A stretch of 64,000 nucleotides of DNA from Octopus vulgaris (GCA_951406725.2 OX597816.1:122202001-122266000), one strand, 5' to 3'; numbered from the stretch's first letter, positions 11,117-25,052 are shown. The notes: generated by a model not told the origin, from the letters alone. Numbers and translations: made by a program.

Positions 11117-12020
11117 TTTGTCGTCACCTCTTCCTTGAGTATCAGATTATATAAAATTGCCTTTATTGTAACAACACAAGTAAATGCACGCTAAAATTAT
11201 GGACGTAAACACTTGCTAACCTTTATTTTCTTCTTGACTACCCGAAATATGCAAACATACTTTTTATTGCAATCACAGAAATAACACGTGGAGAATAAGA
11301 AGAAAAAAAAAAGAAAAGAAAAAATACTCTTTATAGTTTCTCTCTGCTCGTACACGACTCTATTCACAAGTACTGTTTATAGTCTGCCCCTCTTTGATTT
11401 TTCTCAAAGTCAAGGTCACTGTTCGCAAGTTCCATCAACAACATAGCAGACATTTGAACTTTCTTTGACCGATCGTTCTTCATCTCACTTTATGAAAGCA
11501 GTAGTTGCTGCTACAGCTATTACTACTGCTGCTATCAGAATTTACTGCTGCTACTACTACTGCTACAATTAGAAACATACAAGTTGACGATGATACCGAG
11601 ATGCTTTTCCCCGTGTCTGAATTATACCGGTGGCACCAATGAAAAATCCCTTTCTTTTTCTTTGTTGGGAGAAAAGAGAATTTACAGTAAAAACAAACCC
11701 TCAGCCCTCCCTCCAGCGTATAAATTACTTTAAAAGGGAAAAACGTGAGAAAAGAAAAGAAAAAAAATTAATTTAAATTAACGATAGACAAAAACATGTG
11801 CCTTCTCGCACATAAACACATTATTCACACAAATACAAACATACGCAGACGCAAATATTGAAGTACTAAATGGCATGTCAAATGATATTTAACCGTGTGG
11901 AACATTTTACATGCATATTAATATTCTAAAGTTGGACCTACTATTCCTTATCCTAAAGCTGCTTCAGACAACTAGGAAGGGTTCCCGACTCGTTTCACCA
12001 TCTGCTTTCAATCTTGGATT

Positions 12021-13337
12021 GTGATTCGGTTCAGCCCAAACTCTCTCAGATTTTGTCTGCTGTTGCCTACTCCTACAAAGATTGCAGCTGTTTTTGTTCC
12101 TGATTTAACTCAGATTTGTCCTAGAGCCCATAGAAGATTGTTTTTGGTCAACCATCTATCATGTCAGCTACCTACAGATCAAAACAGATTTGCGAGAAGG
12201 GCTTCTCATCAGGATGATGGTCCTACCAACGGTCATCTCAACGAGCAGTTGCTGTTGCTCAGACAAGAGGTCGAGCACCTAAAGTCTGTTGATGCTCATT
12301 TACTGAATAAACAGTCTCCTATTGACGCAGAGCCACCCTTGATTTCTTCCCTGGAGACGTCCAAACCGAAGGGAACAAAATCGAAGCGGCCAAAGAAGGC
12401 GAAGGAACCGGCGGTCGTTTCCGCACATGATCGTTCCTGTGCGGATTCTTCCTCATCTGCCTTTTCGGTCCCGGAGGTTCCCCAACCTAATTTGAGGAGC
12501 GTAGACTCAAACCCACCTGAAGACCGTTGTTCTCCCCAAAAGAAGAAACGTAATCAAAACTCCAGTGGGGCAGATTTAGCTGCGAAACCTGATCACGATA
12601 AAATCTGTTTGGATTCTCCCTCACTTGTCCTTCCCATTAATGCCATTGCTCAACCAATTCTGAACGATCTCGATGTGAGTTCATCTGTGGAGTGGTGCTC
12701 CCCTAAACCTAAGAAGAGGCAGTGCAGTTCCAAACCAGGCAGGAAAGTTATGACCACTAAACCCATTCCGATCGACCCCACAGGCCGACATAAGTCTGGT
12801 GGCTATGAAACCACCCTTTCGAAATCATCCAACGAAGAATCGAATGCCGCAGCTCATAGTAGAGAACAGAAAGATCATTTTTCCCACTCAAGATCAGCAA
12901 TCATTTATGGTAAAGGTGAATCCACCTGTGATACAGGCATAAACCGCCTAAAAGAAGACGTAAATTTTGTTTCCGTTTTAGTTGGAGAATTGTTCTCTGT
13001 CAACGAAAATGTCAGTATCCATAAGGTCGCTCGACTAGGAAGATTCCAAGCGAACTCAACCTCAGACACTAGACCACGCCCAATAAGAGTAATCTTTTCT
13101 TCCGATCAGGAGGCTTCAACCTTTCTGAACAGAGCTCAGACGCATGCCTGGGAGGACCCCAATATGGGTTTTTGCGAGGAATATTCACTGAGAGAGAGAA
13201 TTCGCCGGAGAAACCTAATATCCGAACTGAAGATGAGAAAACAGATGGTAGAGAAGGGTTTACGCATCCAAGATGGACAAATAATCAAGTCCTACCTCTG
13301 GTCGCATGCTGTAGTGCTGACAGGGAAAGTGAATTGA
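12021..13337 (+). CDS. LINE ORF1-like protein
   Basis: 438-aa ORF; short coiled coil (LLLLRQEVEHLK) and CR1-ORF1-like RSAIIYG..ES / RLGR....RPRPIRV..F; start codon uncertain (GTG). Confidence 0.7.
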   Translation: MIRFSPNSLRFCLLLPTPTKIAAVFVPDLTQICPRAHRRLFLVNHLSCQLPTDQNRFARRASHQDDGPTNGHLNEQLLLLRQEVEHLKSVDAHLLNKQSPIDAEPPLISSLETSKPKGTKSKRPKKAKEPAVVSAHDRSCADSSSSAFSVPEVPQPNLRSVDSNPPEDRCSPQKKKRNQNSSGADLAAKPDHDKICLDSPSLVLPINAIAQPILNDLDVSSSVEWCSPKPKKRQCSSKPGRKVMTTKPIPIDPTGRHKSGGYETTLSKSSNEESNAAAHSREQKDHFSHSRSAIIYGKGESTCDTGINRLKEDVNFVSVLVGELFSVNENVSIHKVARLGRFQANSTSDTRPRPIRVIFSSDQEASTFLNRAQTHAWEDPNMGFCEEYSLRERIRRRNLISELKMRKQMVEKGLRIQDGQIIKSYLWSHAVVLTGKVN

Positions 13338-13399
13338 GGGCGAATCGAAGTAAAGTAGATACCCCCGTCAACGATGCTATCTCTGATACCCCTTATTCT

Positions 13400-16223
13400 G
13401 CTTGTTACCCAACTCCTGCCCCTCAAACTTCACAGCTCAGCATCGTCTATACCAACTCGTGCTCCTTATTTCCAAAGTTCAGCGAGCTATTTACACTGGC
13501 CATGCGTGATTCCCCAGATGTGATAGCTATCACCGAGACTTGGCTGACTCCAACAGTAAAGGACTCAGAAATTCACCTGCAGGGCTACGCCTTCTTCAGA
13601 TGTGACAGAGAAAAAAGGCGAGGTGGAAGTGTTGCTGTGTATGTTAAATCTGATCTCAAACCATCCAGCGGTATTCTACCCACTAATGCTCAACCTACAA
13701 CAAAATTCGATACCGTCTATTGCAAGCTGAGCCTATCCAGGTTTTGCCTGCCCGTGTTAGCTGTCTACAGGCCGCCTCTTGCCGACCCCCAGGACGATGC
13801 TCATTTACTCGAAGCGATAAGATTCGTTTCAGTTTCTCATGACTGTTTGATATTAGGAGACTTCAACGCTCCCACGATCGATTGGCCCGCATCAATTTGT
13901 ACATCATCTTCCCGGTTCGGCCAGACCCTTCTTGACGTGGCTGAAGATTGTTTTCTATCGCAACATGTTGAATATCCGATAAGGCATCGGTCTGGGCAGC
14001 AGCCATCTATGCTGGATCTGGTATTCTCCCGCTATCCAAGATCGGTGTCAGATGTATCTGTGTGCGCCCCTCTTGCCAAGAGTGATCATGCGGTCCTGAA
14101 GTTCGTCATGCACACAACTTTTTCTACGCCCACGACTACTTCGCTGCTACGTAGAGTCTTCTCTGCAATTAATCTTGAAATTCTAACCGAGGCTTCCGCA
14201 CTTCTAGACTGGCGATCCCTGATGACGTTGTCCTCAGTTGACGAACTATGGTCATTCCTCAAAGCATATGTAATCTGGTTGACTGACCAGGTAGTTCCCG
14301 TTGGGCTTCCCAAGAAGAAGAAACACAAGCCCTGGGTGACAAAGAAGGTTAAACGAGAACTTCGACTCAGAGATATTGCTTGGGCTGAATTAAAAAAATC
14401 TGGATTCGACTGCAGCTTTTGAGGTGTACAAAACTCAACGAGACCGAGCCGTGAAAATTGAAAAGGAAGAACGCTTCAGATATGAATACAAAATCGTGGC
14501 AAACTCCAGTAGCAATCCAAAAACCTTCTTTGCCCATGTCCAACGGAATTCCCGCTTGAACAACCAAATTGCAACGTTGGTAGACTCAACAGGCGTATCG
14601 ATTGAGGACCCTTATCAACAGAGTCAATTATTTGCCGAGGCTTTTTCAACTATTTTCAAAGAAGATGATGGTCGTGAACCCCCTCCATTAGATAGATCGG
14701 TACCTCCAATGCTTCGATTGGTCATCATGCGGGACGAAGTCGCACGCGTTATTCGAGGCCTCGATGTCAACAAGGGTCACGGCCCTGACGGCATACGCCC
14801 ACAGATTATCTAAGCGTTGGCTCCGGTCATCTGCGAGCCCTTAACACGTCTATTCAATATGTCATTGGCGACGGGTGTTATACCAGCGGACTGGAGAACA
14901 GCGATAATCTGCCCAATTTTCAAGAAAGGGAGCCGCGAAGACTCGCTTAACTACCGACCGGTTTCCCTTACATCAATAATCAGCAAGATGTTCGAAACCA
15001 TCCTTAAGAAAAGTATGATGCTCCACCTCCAAAACACAGCCTCTATCTCTGTTTCCCAACACGGCTTCGTGCCGAAGAGATCATGCTTGACCAACTTACT
15101 GGTAATGGAAGAATTGGTGACGCGCATCCTCGATGATAGTGATGCTGTTGACATCGTTTTATTGGACTTTGCCAAAGCTTTTGACTCGGTAAACCACCGC
15201 CTATTACTTGTCAAGCTTCAAGCATATAGTTTCCATCCGGATATTGTACGATGGGTTGGTGCCTTCCTCTCAGATCGCCCCTTCCAAGTCCAAGTTAATG
15301 GTTCGCGGTCCGACGTCTCCAGTGCGAGCAGTGGCGTGCCCCAAGGTTCAGTGCTTGGGCCCTTATTGTTCTTAGTCTTCGTAAATGACTTGCCCGACGA
15401 CCTCACGCAACACACCCTTCTATTTGCCGACGATGTTAAACTGGTCGCTCCTCGCGGTGATATAGAGGATCTTCGTCGATGCCTCCACCAAATTTGGAGA
15501 TGGTCTAACGAATGAGACCTGTGTCTGAACGTGTCAAAGTGCTGTCATCTGCCTGTTGGCTCTCCTCCTGCAACTCAACTTGATTTCGAGCCGGGTCGTC
15601 TGCTGCTGGAGAGGACCGATCAGGTAAAGAACCTGGGTATCTTGGTGGATTCCTCATTGTCGCCTTCGGCTCAGTGCGTCCATGCTGCCAACAAAGCACG
15701 CGGAATTCTGTTCTTGATTCGACGGTCATTCGGAATGCTCACAGTAGCCATATTCCTACCGCTCTATGTCACGCTGGTGAGACCCATATTGGAGTACGGG
15801 ATTCAAGCCTCTTCTCCTTATCTCCTCAAAGACATACATCATCTCGAAAGAGTCCAGAAACTGGCTACCCGCATGGTTCATGGTCTCAAGAATTTGTCTT
15901 ATGAAGAAAGGCTGAAGACGCTCGACCTTTATTCTCTAGAAAAACGCCACCGCCGTGGTGATCTCATTCTCGCTCACAACATCATAAGCGGAAAGTGTAA
16001 CCTCTCGAAAGAGCTGTTCTTCACTCCTGCTCCAGAGCGTCGGCTGCGGGGTCATTCCGAAAAGCTCTATCTGCGACGATTTCATCTCAATCGAAGGAGA
16101 GGGGCTTTCTCCGTCCGGGTTGCGGATCCGTGGAATAAGCTGCCAGACGAGATGGTGAAGATGCCGACGACCGCTTTGTCCAAAGTCTCCCTTGACCTCG
16201 AGTGGCCTGAGCTCTTTACATGA
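13400..16223 (+). pseudogene. LINE ORF2 (AP endonuclease + reverse transcriptase), disrupted
   Basis: APE motifs ITETWL, GDFN, LDLVF, SDH; RT motifs GPDGI, NYRPVSLTS, LDFAKAFD, GVPQGSVLGP, FADD; one frameshift near 14420 and in-frame stops at 14811 and 15513. Confidence 0.92.
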
Positions 16224-16291
16224 ACACCGCCCTGTACATAACTCCATGTCCCCCTATATGGCCTTGCTTTTTGCTTTTTGAGCCAAAAAAT

Positions 16292-16321
<30 letters not shown>

Positions 16322-16327
<6 letters not shown>

Positions 16328-16392
16328 GCCTCGGGCCGATGAAAGCCTTGTGAGTGGATGTGGTAGAGGGAAACTGAAAGAAGCCCGTCGTA

Positions 16393-16432
<40 letters not shown>

Positions 16433-16648
16433 TATATGTTTGTGTGTCTGTGTTTGTCCCCCCAGCATCGCTTGACAACCGATGGTGGTGTGATAACGTC
16501 CTCGTAGCATTAGCAGTTCAGCGAAAGATACCGATAGAATAAGTACTAGCTTCCAAAGAATAAGTTCTGGGTCGATTTGCTCGACTAAAGGCGGTGCTCC
16601 AGTATGGCCGCAGTCAAATGACTGAAACAAGTAAAAGAGATAAAAGAG

Positions 16649-16650
<2 letters not shown>
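16322..16650 (+). mobile_element. SINE family A, 3' half
   Basis: ACTATAGCCTCGGGCCGATGAAAGCC... resumes the SINE at the point where 11116 stopped. Confidence 0.85.
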
Positions 16651-16687
<37 letters not shown>

Positions 16688-18609
16688 TAAACATTCCACT
16701 GCATGTGATGCTTGAAAGAGTGATTATTTTTCTTTCGATTGCATACATATCGGTGTTGCAAATGCACGCACGCACACACACACACACACACACACGCACA
16801 CATACACACACTCACACACATACATGCATATTTTAAATATATTGAATTTGAAGCCGTCGCTGCGTGTGAAAATTGATTAAATTTTTAATTTTAATTAATC
16901 TGCATACACAATGCCAGCTTAAAAAATAAGTGGGTTTGTTGTAGAGTATATTGTAGCATCCTACAGAGGCATAGTTAATGCGTCAGTAATTTGTAATGCG
17001 CGCAGACACAAACGCACATACATTCACTTACATATACTCACCTGTAAATGTATATAGAATTTTGATGGCTTGGAGGTAATAATTATGATTATGAAGGAAT
17101 GATGACTAGTGAAGTCTGATTCCATTTTACAGGTTCCAATGTAAAAGCCAAAATTTTATTCCAAAACTAATTTGTCTTTTAAATACGTATTTTTTTTTCA
17201 TTTTAAAAATTATAGTTGAATGGAAGAGAAGATTCTATAAGCTATTAAAATGAGTCTCAATGGATTCCAGTAGTTATTAATATTTAACTAAAGGGCATAA
17301 CTGATTGCATATAACTTGAGACAACAATACAACAATACAACAATCAAATTATTTCAGATACTATGTTTAGAACGTTTTTTCTCAGAATAAAAAAAAAATA
17401 TTATACAGGCAATGCTTAATGGTATCAAATACATAACGCATAAGCTTGTGGATGACAGAACATAAATGCGTATGCGTGAGAGGTATACTTATCAAAATGG
17501 ACAATTATGTCATTCACTGAGGAAGTTGTTTGCATTTTAATATATCGCAATTATAAAAAGATACACCACGAGACCACGCAGGGCTGGTATAATCGTACAG
17601 CAAAATAACATCTGCTTTCCAAGTGAACACTTGAAAACAGTAAAATAACATAATTGAAATGTCATTAAATCGAGGATCACAAAAAAATTTCCTGTTATTC
17701 GTTCGCGAGTCTATTTGTGAATACGTTGTATTTAATGAGAAATTAATTTGCTCTTCTCACACTTTACCTATGTTCTAAAAAATATGTTGCTCTTAGTGAT
17801 AAGTTTCTAAGAAGATATTTCTAAGTGTTGAGTACCAAAGTGGGATATTTTCTGTTGCTGTGACAGTTTTTGATGTTTCAAAACTATGTGAGAATGTTCA
17901 AATTTAGTATATTGATATAAATTTTCCCGCTGAGTCTGATGCTGCTATTCACTTGTCCCCGAAAAGGTTTACGAAAACGTTACAGCAGTTGAAAGTTTGA
18001 TAATTTTTATCCAATCAGGAAGCTGGTATTTAGTGCGTAATAGCTTTGTATTACAACGCTAATGCAACCAATATATTACCACTACGAAAGTTTTGGTTTT
18101 TAATAAGCTTAAATGAATAAAGTCATGTGAAACGTTGGAACAGACATATCAAATGGAAAAATCCTCAATGAAAATCTTTATGGCAAACAATTACAAAAAG
18201 AAAAGAAAAAAATTAAATTACAAAACAGCAGAAACTTTACGTTAAATTATGAAAAAAGACAAGCAAAGAAAAAAACTGTACATTATACTACTGTAGTTTG
18301 TTTGTGTAAACAATATACCCTTTGCAGCGAAAATTTAAAGCAGAAATTTGAGATGCACTCTAGGAGTTTCTCATCAAACAAATTACAATTTTCTTATCTC
18401 CTGCACCATATAAACTCGTAGAAATAATACGAGTCACTCATAGGAGCGTGGGTTCCTCAGCGTCATTTTCTCGCTCGTTTTACACTGGCTCATGTACTTT
18501 CTCCTTGTTGCGTGTGGGTACAACCTTTGGAATTAATAATCTCAACGCTGTGGTTCACTGTTTTATGCCGAAACTCATAACAATGAATTTCAGGAATGCG
18601 AGAGTAAAT

Positions 18610-20450
18610 TCCACCCTGAAGATCAAATGCTAGCGAAGACAAAGTGAAAAGGTTTCTACCAAGAGCTAGAGAAAGCGCTAGCTAACAGGTCCACTTCCAC
18701 TGTAGTGATGGGAGATCTCAGCGTAAAGGTTGAAAACGTACGATAGGGGAGAAATATATTGGAAAATTTGACAAATATACCAAAATTGGTATCGGAAGAG
18801 AGAACCAAAAGAGAAGAACGTTTGTTTACAATGATAAAGGCAAGAAAACTTTACACTAGAGATAGCCTTTTCAGGCAGTACTTTGGAACGAGATGGATCT
18901 GGATAGTTCCTAACGGTCAGTACGAAAATGAAATTGATTTTATTCTAGTTGACAAACAGTGTATACTGCAGTACTTCTCAATGATTGCACCGTTCAACAC
19001 AGGTAGCAATGATCGCTTGCTACAGGCGAAGATCGTGATCAACGAAATCGAGAAGAAGCCTCTCCACAACTAAAAAAAGAATTAACGCGCCAAAGCAGGG
19101 AAGATAGAAGAGGCATCCAAAAATTTCTGTATCGACCAGTGAAATTGAAAATGCCTTCAAGCTGATGAAAGTAGACAAAACTCAAGGAAAGGATGGCAAA
19201 ACAACAAAGTGTTAAGGTGTGGAGCTGAATGAATGTGGAAGTTATTCGTTCTACGCTTCACACTGTAACTGAAGGAGAGTATAATACCCTCTCTGTGGAA
19301 AGGGTCGAGTGCCATCTTGCTTCATAAGAATGGTAATATATTTAAGAAACTATCGAGCATACGCCTCGTCTTACCTCTATATCGATGACCAGCAACCGAG
19401 GGAGCAATCAAGTTTCTGTAAGATATTTGTTTGAGGGATCATATATTCATTCTAATGCAGCGAAAAAATGCAAGCTGCATCTGTGCATTATATTCATTGA
19501 CTACAAAAGGGTCTTCGACTGCGACAACATGAACGCAGTGTTGGAATCTCTGAAAATGGAAGGTGTTAAGGCGCAATATACCAAACTCCTCAGGGATGTG
19601 AACTCTAGACACACCACTGATATAGCTCTGCTGTCGTCACTAGTTAAAGTTCTAACGGGAAAGGGATCAAATAAGGATATGCCAACCCTTCACAGTTCTT
19701 CACTACATGCTTACAAATGGTCATCAGGGACCTTGAGAAGTTAGATGGCGTGAAAATCTATAGCGAGCTTCTAACGCATTTCTGATTCGATGATGGCATG
19801 TTACTCAACGCCGAAACTACACATCAGTTACAGATCATGCTGAGAGCTCAACACCTAAAGCTCAATAGTAAACAACAAAATGAATCACGTGAAAACAAGA
19901 CCTATGCGGTCCGAAAATAGGTAGGAAGCGATGAAAATGAGGAGGTAAGGTAGTACGTCTACTTAGGGTACACAGTGAATCAGTACCGAGACATGACTAC
20001 TGAAATCTCGAAGAGAATAAGGGTAGGATGGAAGGTACTTAACTCAATGAAGGATGTGATAAAAGCAAAGCTGAACAAGACCATACGAACCGAACTCTTC
20101 AATAGCACCGTCCTACGCAGGTGAGACGTGGGCTACAACGAAAGGAAAGGATATCAATTGTCTACACTGAAAAGAGCCATGGAAAGATTCATGTGAGGAA
20201 TATCATTACGAGAGCATATTCGAAATGAAATAATGCGAAAACGGAGTGGAGTGAGCTATGTGATCGCAGAATACCGAGAGCACAAGATCTGCGCGATTGA
20301 ACATGTTGCAAGGTTCATAGACAATCCGTGCAGTTGCTGAGTGGTATTCAAAAGATTGGAAAAGACGGTGGGTAGACGAATTAGCTACACGATTTGGGTC
20401 AAGATCGAAAAGAATGGCACAATCAAGAAAGAATTTGAAGCGAATTATGA
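18610..20450 (+). mobile_element. Decayed RTE-clade LINE (endonuclease and RT fragments)
   Basis: WIWIVPNGQYENEIDFILVD, IFIDYKRVFD, YVYLG and ETW-type remnants; many stops and frameshifts. Confidence 0.8.
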
Positions 20451-20817
20451 CCAACGATGTGTATCAATATCTGATAGTTCGGTCAATATTTTGATACAGT
20501 GATGTGCATGTGAGTGTATATGTATGTAGGTTATATGTATATAGGTAAATACGTATATATACAGGCGCATGTCGAACGCACACAAGCACACGCACACATC
20601 CATTGTTTCTAAAATGTTATAAATATATTGGAATAAAAACATTACTTTAAAATATTACTTAACGCAGTTTCATGAGGAAAATCATTAGAGTGACTTCCCA
20701 CATATCAATTTTAAGGCTATCGGAATATTCACGCAAGATCCAAATTGACAATTTACATCAATCTGATGTGTTACTCTGTACATTTGCAGAATAAAATTTA
20801 TTCTTATACAGGGACAT

Positions 20818-20889
20818 TGACAGTGACTTCGAAGCTTCGGTCATCGTCAGACGATAGCTTAGCTGGCTGAAATTTCGAAGTCACTGTCA
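20818..20889. other. 72-nt hairpin (16-bp perfect stem extending to ~26 bp)
   Basis: TGACAGTGACTTCGAA ... TTCGAAGTCACTGTCA; inner stem closed partly by G-U pairs on the + strand. Confidence 0.6.
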
Positions 20890-21799
20890 GCAGTATTCTT
20901 TGTTTATTTCACGAAAAAGGTGTATAAGTTAACGAAAATAAAGCATATACAAAAAGATAGATGTGTTACCATGGTGATATAAACTTTACTGAAAATTTAG
21001 ATATATCTGAGACGCCATTTGGTGATAATGTATTAAACATATATTTAATGCCTACAGCTTATAAAAAAACAAACAAACAAAACAAAAGCATTCGTAGTGA
21101 CGTTGTGCTTAGAAATATGTGATGCCAAGACGGTGAGGTACAAATATTATTTTCTTGAGACTTGAAGTGATTAATATATTTCTACTGGAGAATATATTCG
21201 CGGTCACTGTTCAAGGAGATAATGCAATATGGATGTGAACTGTCCAAGTATGATGTAGATATCTTTGTGCAGTAAGTTAAAAAGTAGTGACAAGTATTCT
21301 CCGCAGAAATGTGAGCGATGTTAGAGATGGCTTTATTTACAGAAAGAATAGAGGGGTATTACAGGAGGAAAGTATTGAATAGTCACCTTTGTTTTAGATA
21401 AATAGCAAGCATATGATGTGTAAATCTCCTTTATATTTATAATTCTTAAGATTCAAAGTATGTTTGTTTGTGTACTTTGCGATTTGAGAAACAGAGGTAT
21501 CGAGGTCGGAATTTTAATATTCGATGGCTTCCTAACGAAATATGTAATTTAAATGAAGGATATCTAACAATATATTGCCAAAGTAAAACGAACAATACAC
21601 TGATTATATTCATGTTGTCATCTTTCATATATGTAAAGGACTGTCTTTAAACTAAATTTGTATATGTATTCCGATAACGTCGTTCTTCGTCTTTTGATAA
21701 TGGGATTACAGTTGCTATCGTGGTAAAGATAGCTAACGTTATTGAGTATTTTAGTTTTCTGTTTGAGTCCTTTGATGTAAATAAATTAAGCATTTAAAG

Positions 21800-23200
21800 T
21801 GACCTGTTACTATCTGGAAATTTTAATCGCCCTATATGAATGGACAGTCTGTGATAAGTGGTGCAGAGGAAAACCTAAAATCTTGGATATCCAGGGTCTT
21901 AATGCGAAAAACGCCTTTGGTTGAATCTATTTCACTTAAACTATTAGATCCACATACTTAGATCCACGTACTTCCAAACATCACGTTACAATTTATCTGA
22001 AGATATTGGGAACCATTTGTTCAGTGAAATACTTTGCGGTAAAGCAAGTGTAAGAATAAGAGATGATATTAGAATTGGCATATATGACGGAGAGGAAAAT
22101 CAGAAATTTGAGCTCTTCGTTACTTTATATGATGCACATTTGATAACACGTTTTCTACTTGAAAGATACCACATATATAGTCTATATATGTTTTTTTTTA
22201 TTTATAAACGTAATAGCCAAAAGAAATTTATGTTTTCAAGCGAAAACATACTTTATAATTTATAAAACTGTCCTTATCTTTGATGACACAGTCATGCTAG
22301 TGTATTAATAACAATGAGAATCAAATTTTGATGGATAAACAACAAACAAGATTCAGTTTCAGGACGATTTTATGTCATTCAGTTTATATCAAAAATCATC
22401 CGAAAACCTCTTCATCTATGCTAAAGAACATTACTCAGATATAATGCAGAACTTTATGGTTTTTCCTTGGGCAGAATTTCTACACTGATGTACACAGTTG
22501 AAAAGCCTAGAGTAAATAGTGGTGATGGAATTTTCATCCGTTACAGCCATTCCACTACATCTTCAGATTAAATGCTATGGGAAAATACGGGAATGTCATA
22601 CAACATCTTTTACTTCAGTGCTATGAATATTTAAAGTGGGAAAGATTTGGACGCTCTTTACTGGAGGTCGATCGACCACGAATATGCGCTTTTGTTTACA
22701 TTTAGTTGTGTTTGTTACTGGTGAATAGATAAGGTACCGGTATCAATGTCACTCAGGATTTAGTATAGGTCTCTTAGTTTAAGCTTCTTCAGTGCAGCAA
22801 GCTTGTAGATATTACCATCGTTTATGGCATTTGGTTGTCTATCAGTGCATTTATTATATCTTAAGATTATTTTACATTCGCCCAATGAGGTCATTTACGG
22901 ATTCCCAATTCAAGAGGCAGCTTTTTATTAACAATTGTATTTCTCAATATTGTCTCAAGAACTATTATCTGCAGCAACAACGTTTAGAAAGCGAAATATT
23001 GAATAAATAAAACACAATGTTTATGGCTCAGAAGATTGTTTACTGTCACCTGGAAATCGATGCAGTTCAGGAACGAAAGTATTTTTATTCTGAAAACGAA
23101 AACGAAACAGAAACTAGCCGTGTCATTGCCGACATTTGTGAATATGCAATGTTGCTTACAACAGTTAATACTATTGGTTATTTACAAAAGTACAAGGTCA
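21800..23200 (+). pseudogene. Possible decayed piggyBac-like transposase relic
   Basis: Faint DNFFTS-like remnant near 22600 and Cys-rich remnant 23050-23160; weak. Confidence 0.2.
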
Positions 23201-24087
23201 CATAATTTTCTATAGGAGACGGACGTAATAGTCAATTACATCCACAATATTACTTGGCCAGTATATATTTTATTGACACTAGAAAGATAAAAGGTAACAT
23301 GAACACTGGATGTAATTGAACTCAGAACGTTAATAACAAAACTAAATAGCACAAATTATTGTGTCCGTTGTATTACTGATTTTGTCAATCAACACCCTTT
23401 CCTGTATTGATAGTTGTAACTATCTAACATTATTGATTGCATACAGGTTGGAAAAGGAAAGGATATGAATAAGATCGTTTAACGATTCGATTTTTTCCCC
23501 ATGGATAATCTTGTGAAAGGACTGAGTGCCAAAACTTTTCTGCTTCCCCTTTCCCAAAACGAAAAAAATGAGCTTTATTACATCCGCCATTATAATAAAA
23601 CAGAAATCAATATTGGTCGTACATATAGCCAGTAGAATACTGTACAATAACAGTGAGATGCCTTCCAATATTTAGTTTCCCACCACTGTGTTCTAATACG
23701 GAGTGTCTCCAGGGTTGGCTTCATACTTCATCGTTCCTAGATCCATAGAATAGGTACTAGGTGTGATTTAGCTATCTGCATTATATCGTACAAACAAATG
23801 ACTTTAAAATAAAAACAAATATCCATATGCCTTCTCAAAAAGAGTTATAATTGTAATAGAGTTATTCATAATCATTTGCTGCTGTAGCAAGTTTTTGCTG
23901 CGAATGTTGCCTCATCATTCATTGTTGTTTATTTCCAATAATTTCAGTTAATGTCACGAAACTGCCTGTATCGAAGAGATCGATACGACCAGTTGCTTAT
24001 TGTGTTATCCATTGTTGAAGCTACTAAATAAAAAGCCTTGTCGCCTACTCGACACTTCAATTAACTGCCTTCATTATCACACTCGCA

Positions 24088-24144
24088 ACCACCACCACCA
24101 CCACCACCACCACCACCACCACCACCACCACCACCACCACCACC

Positions 24145-24228
<84 letters not shown>

Positions 24229-24385
24229 ACTGCTGCTGCTGCTGCTGCAACTGCTGCTGCTGCTGCTGTTACTGCTGCTGCTGCTGCTGCAACTGCTGCT
24301 GCTGCTGCTGCAACTGCTGCTGCTGCTGCTGCAACTGCTGCTGCTGCTGCTGCAACTGCTGCTGCTGCTGCTGCTGCTGCTGCTA
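24088..24385. repeat. Compound (CAC)n(TAC)n(TGC)n trinucleotide array
   Basis: Seen directly; source of the poly-H/Y/C and poly-S/G ORFs. Confidence 0.95.
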
Positions 24386-24679
24386 TGAACCGTTAAAGGT
24401 TTATGAAGAGATAAAAATCTCCAATTTAATACTTTGCTGCAATCCACTTCTTCCTTTTAAAAACAATAACGAAAATGTCAAGAGAGGTAACAGCAGCAGC
24501 AGCAGCAACAATAACGTTTGTCTGTCCTTGTTTGTCCCCTCTATGTTTAACCCCTTGTGGTTAGTAAAGAAACAAAAAAAAAAAAAAAAAAAAATAACGA
24601 CAACAAAGGCAACGATTATAATGAAAATTTCAGGGAAGGGCGTAGTCAATAAATTCGATCAGTGTATCAGTAATAGTAC

Positions 24680-25000
24680 TGATTTCAAATTTTGGCACAG
24701 GGCCAGCAATTTCGGAGGAGCTGAGGGATAATCGATTGTATCACCCTCCTACACACACACAGTATTCAACTGGTACTTATTTTATCGATTCCGAGATTGT
24801 GAAAGGCAAAGTCGAACTAGGTGGAATTTGAATTCAGAACTTGAAGACGGACTAAATATTGCTAAGCAGTGTTGCGTGAAGCCTTACCGATTCTGCAATT
24901 TAACAGTGATATATCACACTACTACTACTACTACTAAAGTTGGACGAAATATCGCTAAGCATTTCATCCGGCATGCTAACGGTTCAGCCAGCTCACCGCC

Positions 25001-25040
<40 letters not shown>

Positions 25041-25052
25041 TAAAAAATAATA

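Larger units (their letters stand above)
11117..16321 (+). mobile_element. Near full-length CR1/L2-group LINE with (TAAC)n tail
   Basis: ORF1 plus APE-RT ORF2; (TAAC)n 16292-16323; ACTAT duplicated at 11112-11116 / 16322-16326. Confidence 0.9.

Noticed and set aside
20840-20852. Reverse-strand CTGACGA in the hairpin as a possible hammerhead
   Set aside because: No stem II and no GAAA core
24000-24731. 243-aa His/Tyr/Cys-rich ORF resembling a metal-binding protein
   Set aside because: Pure trinucleotide array read-through with a TTG start
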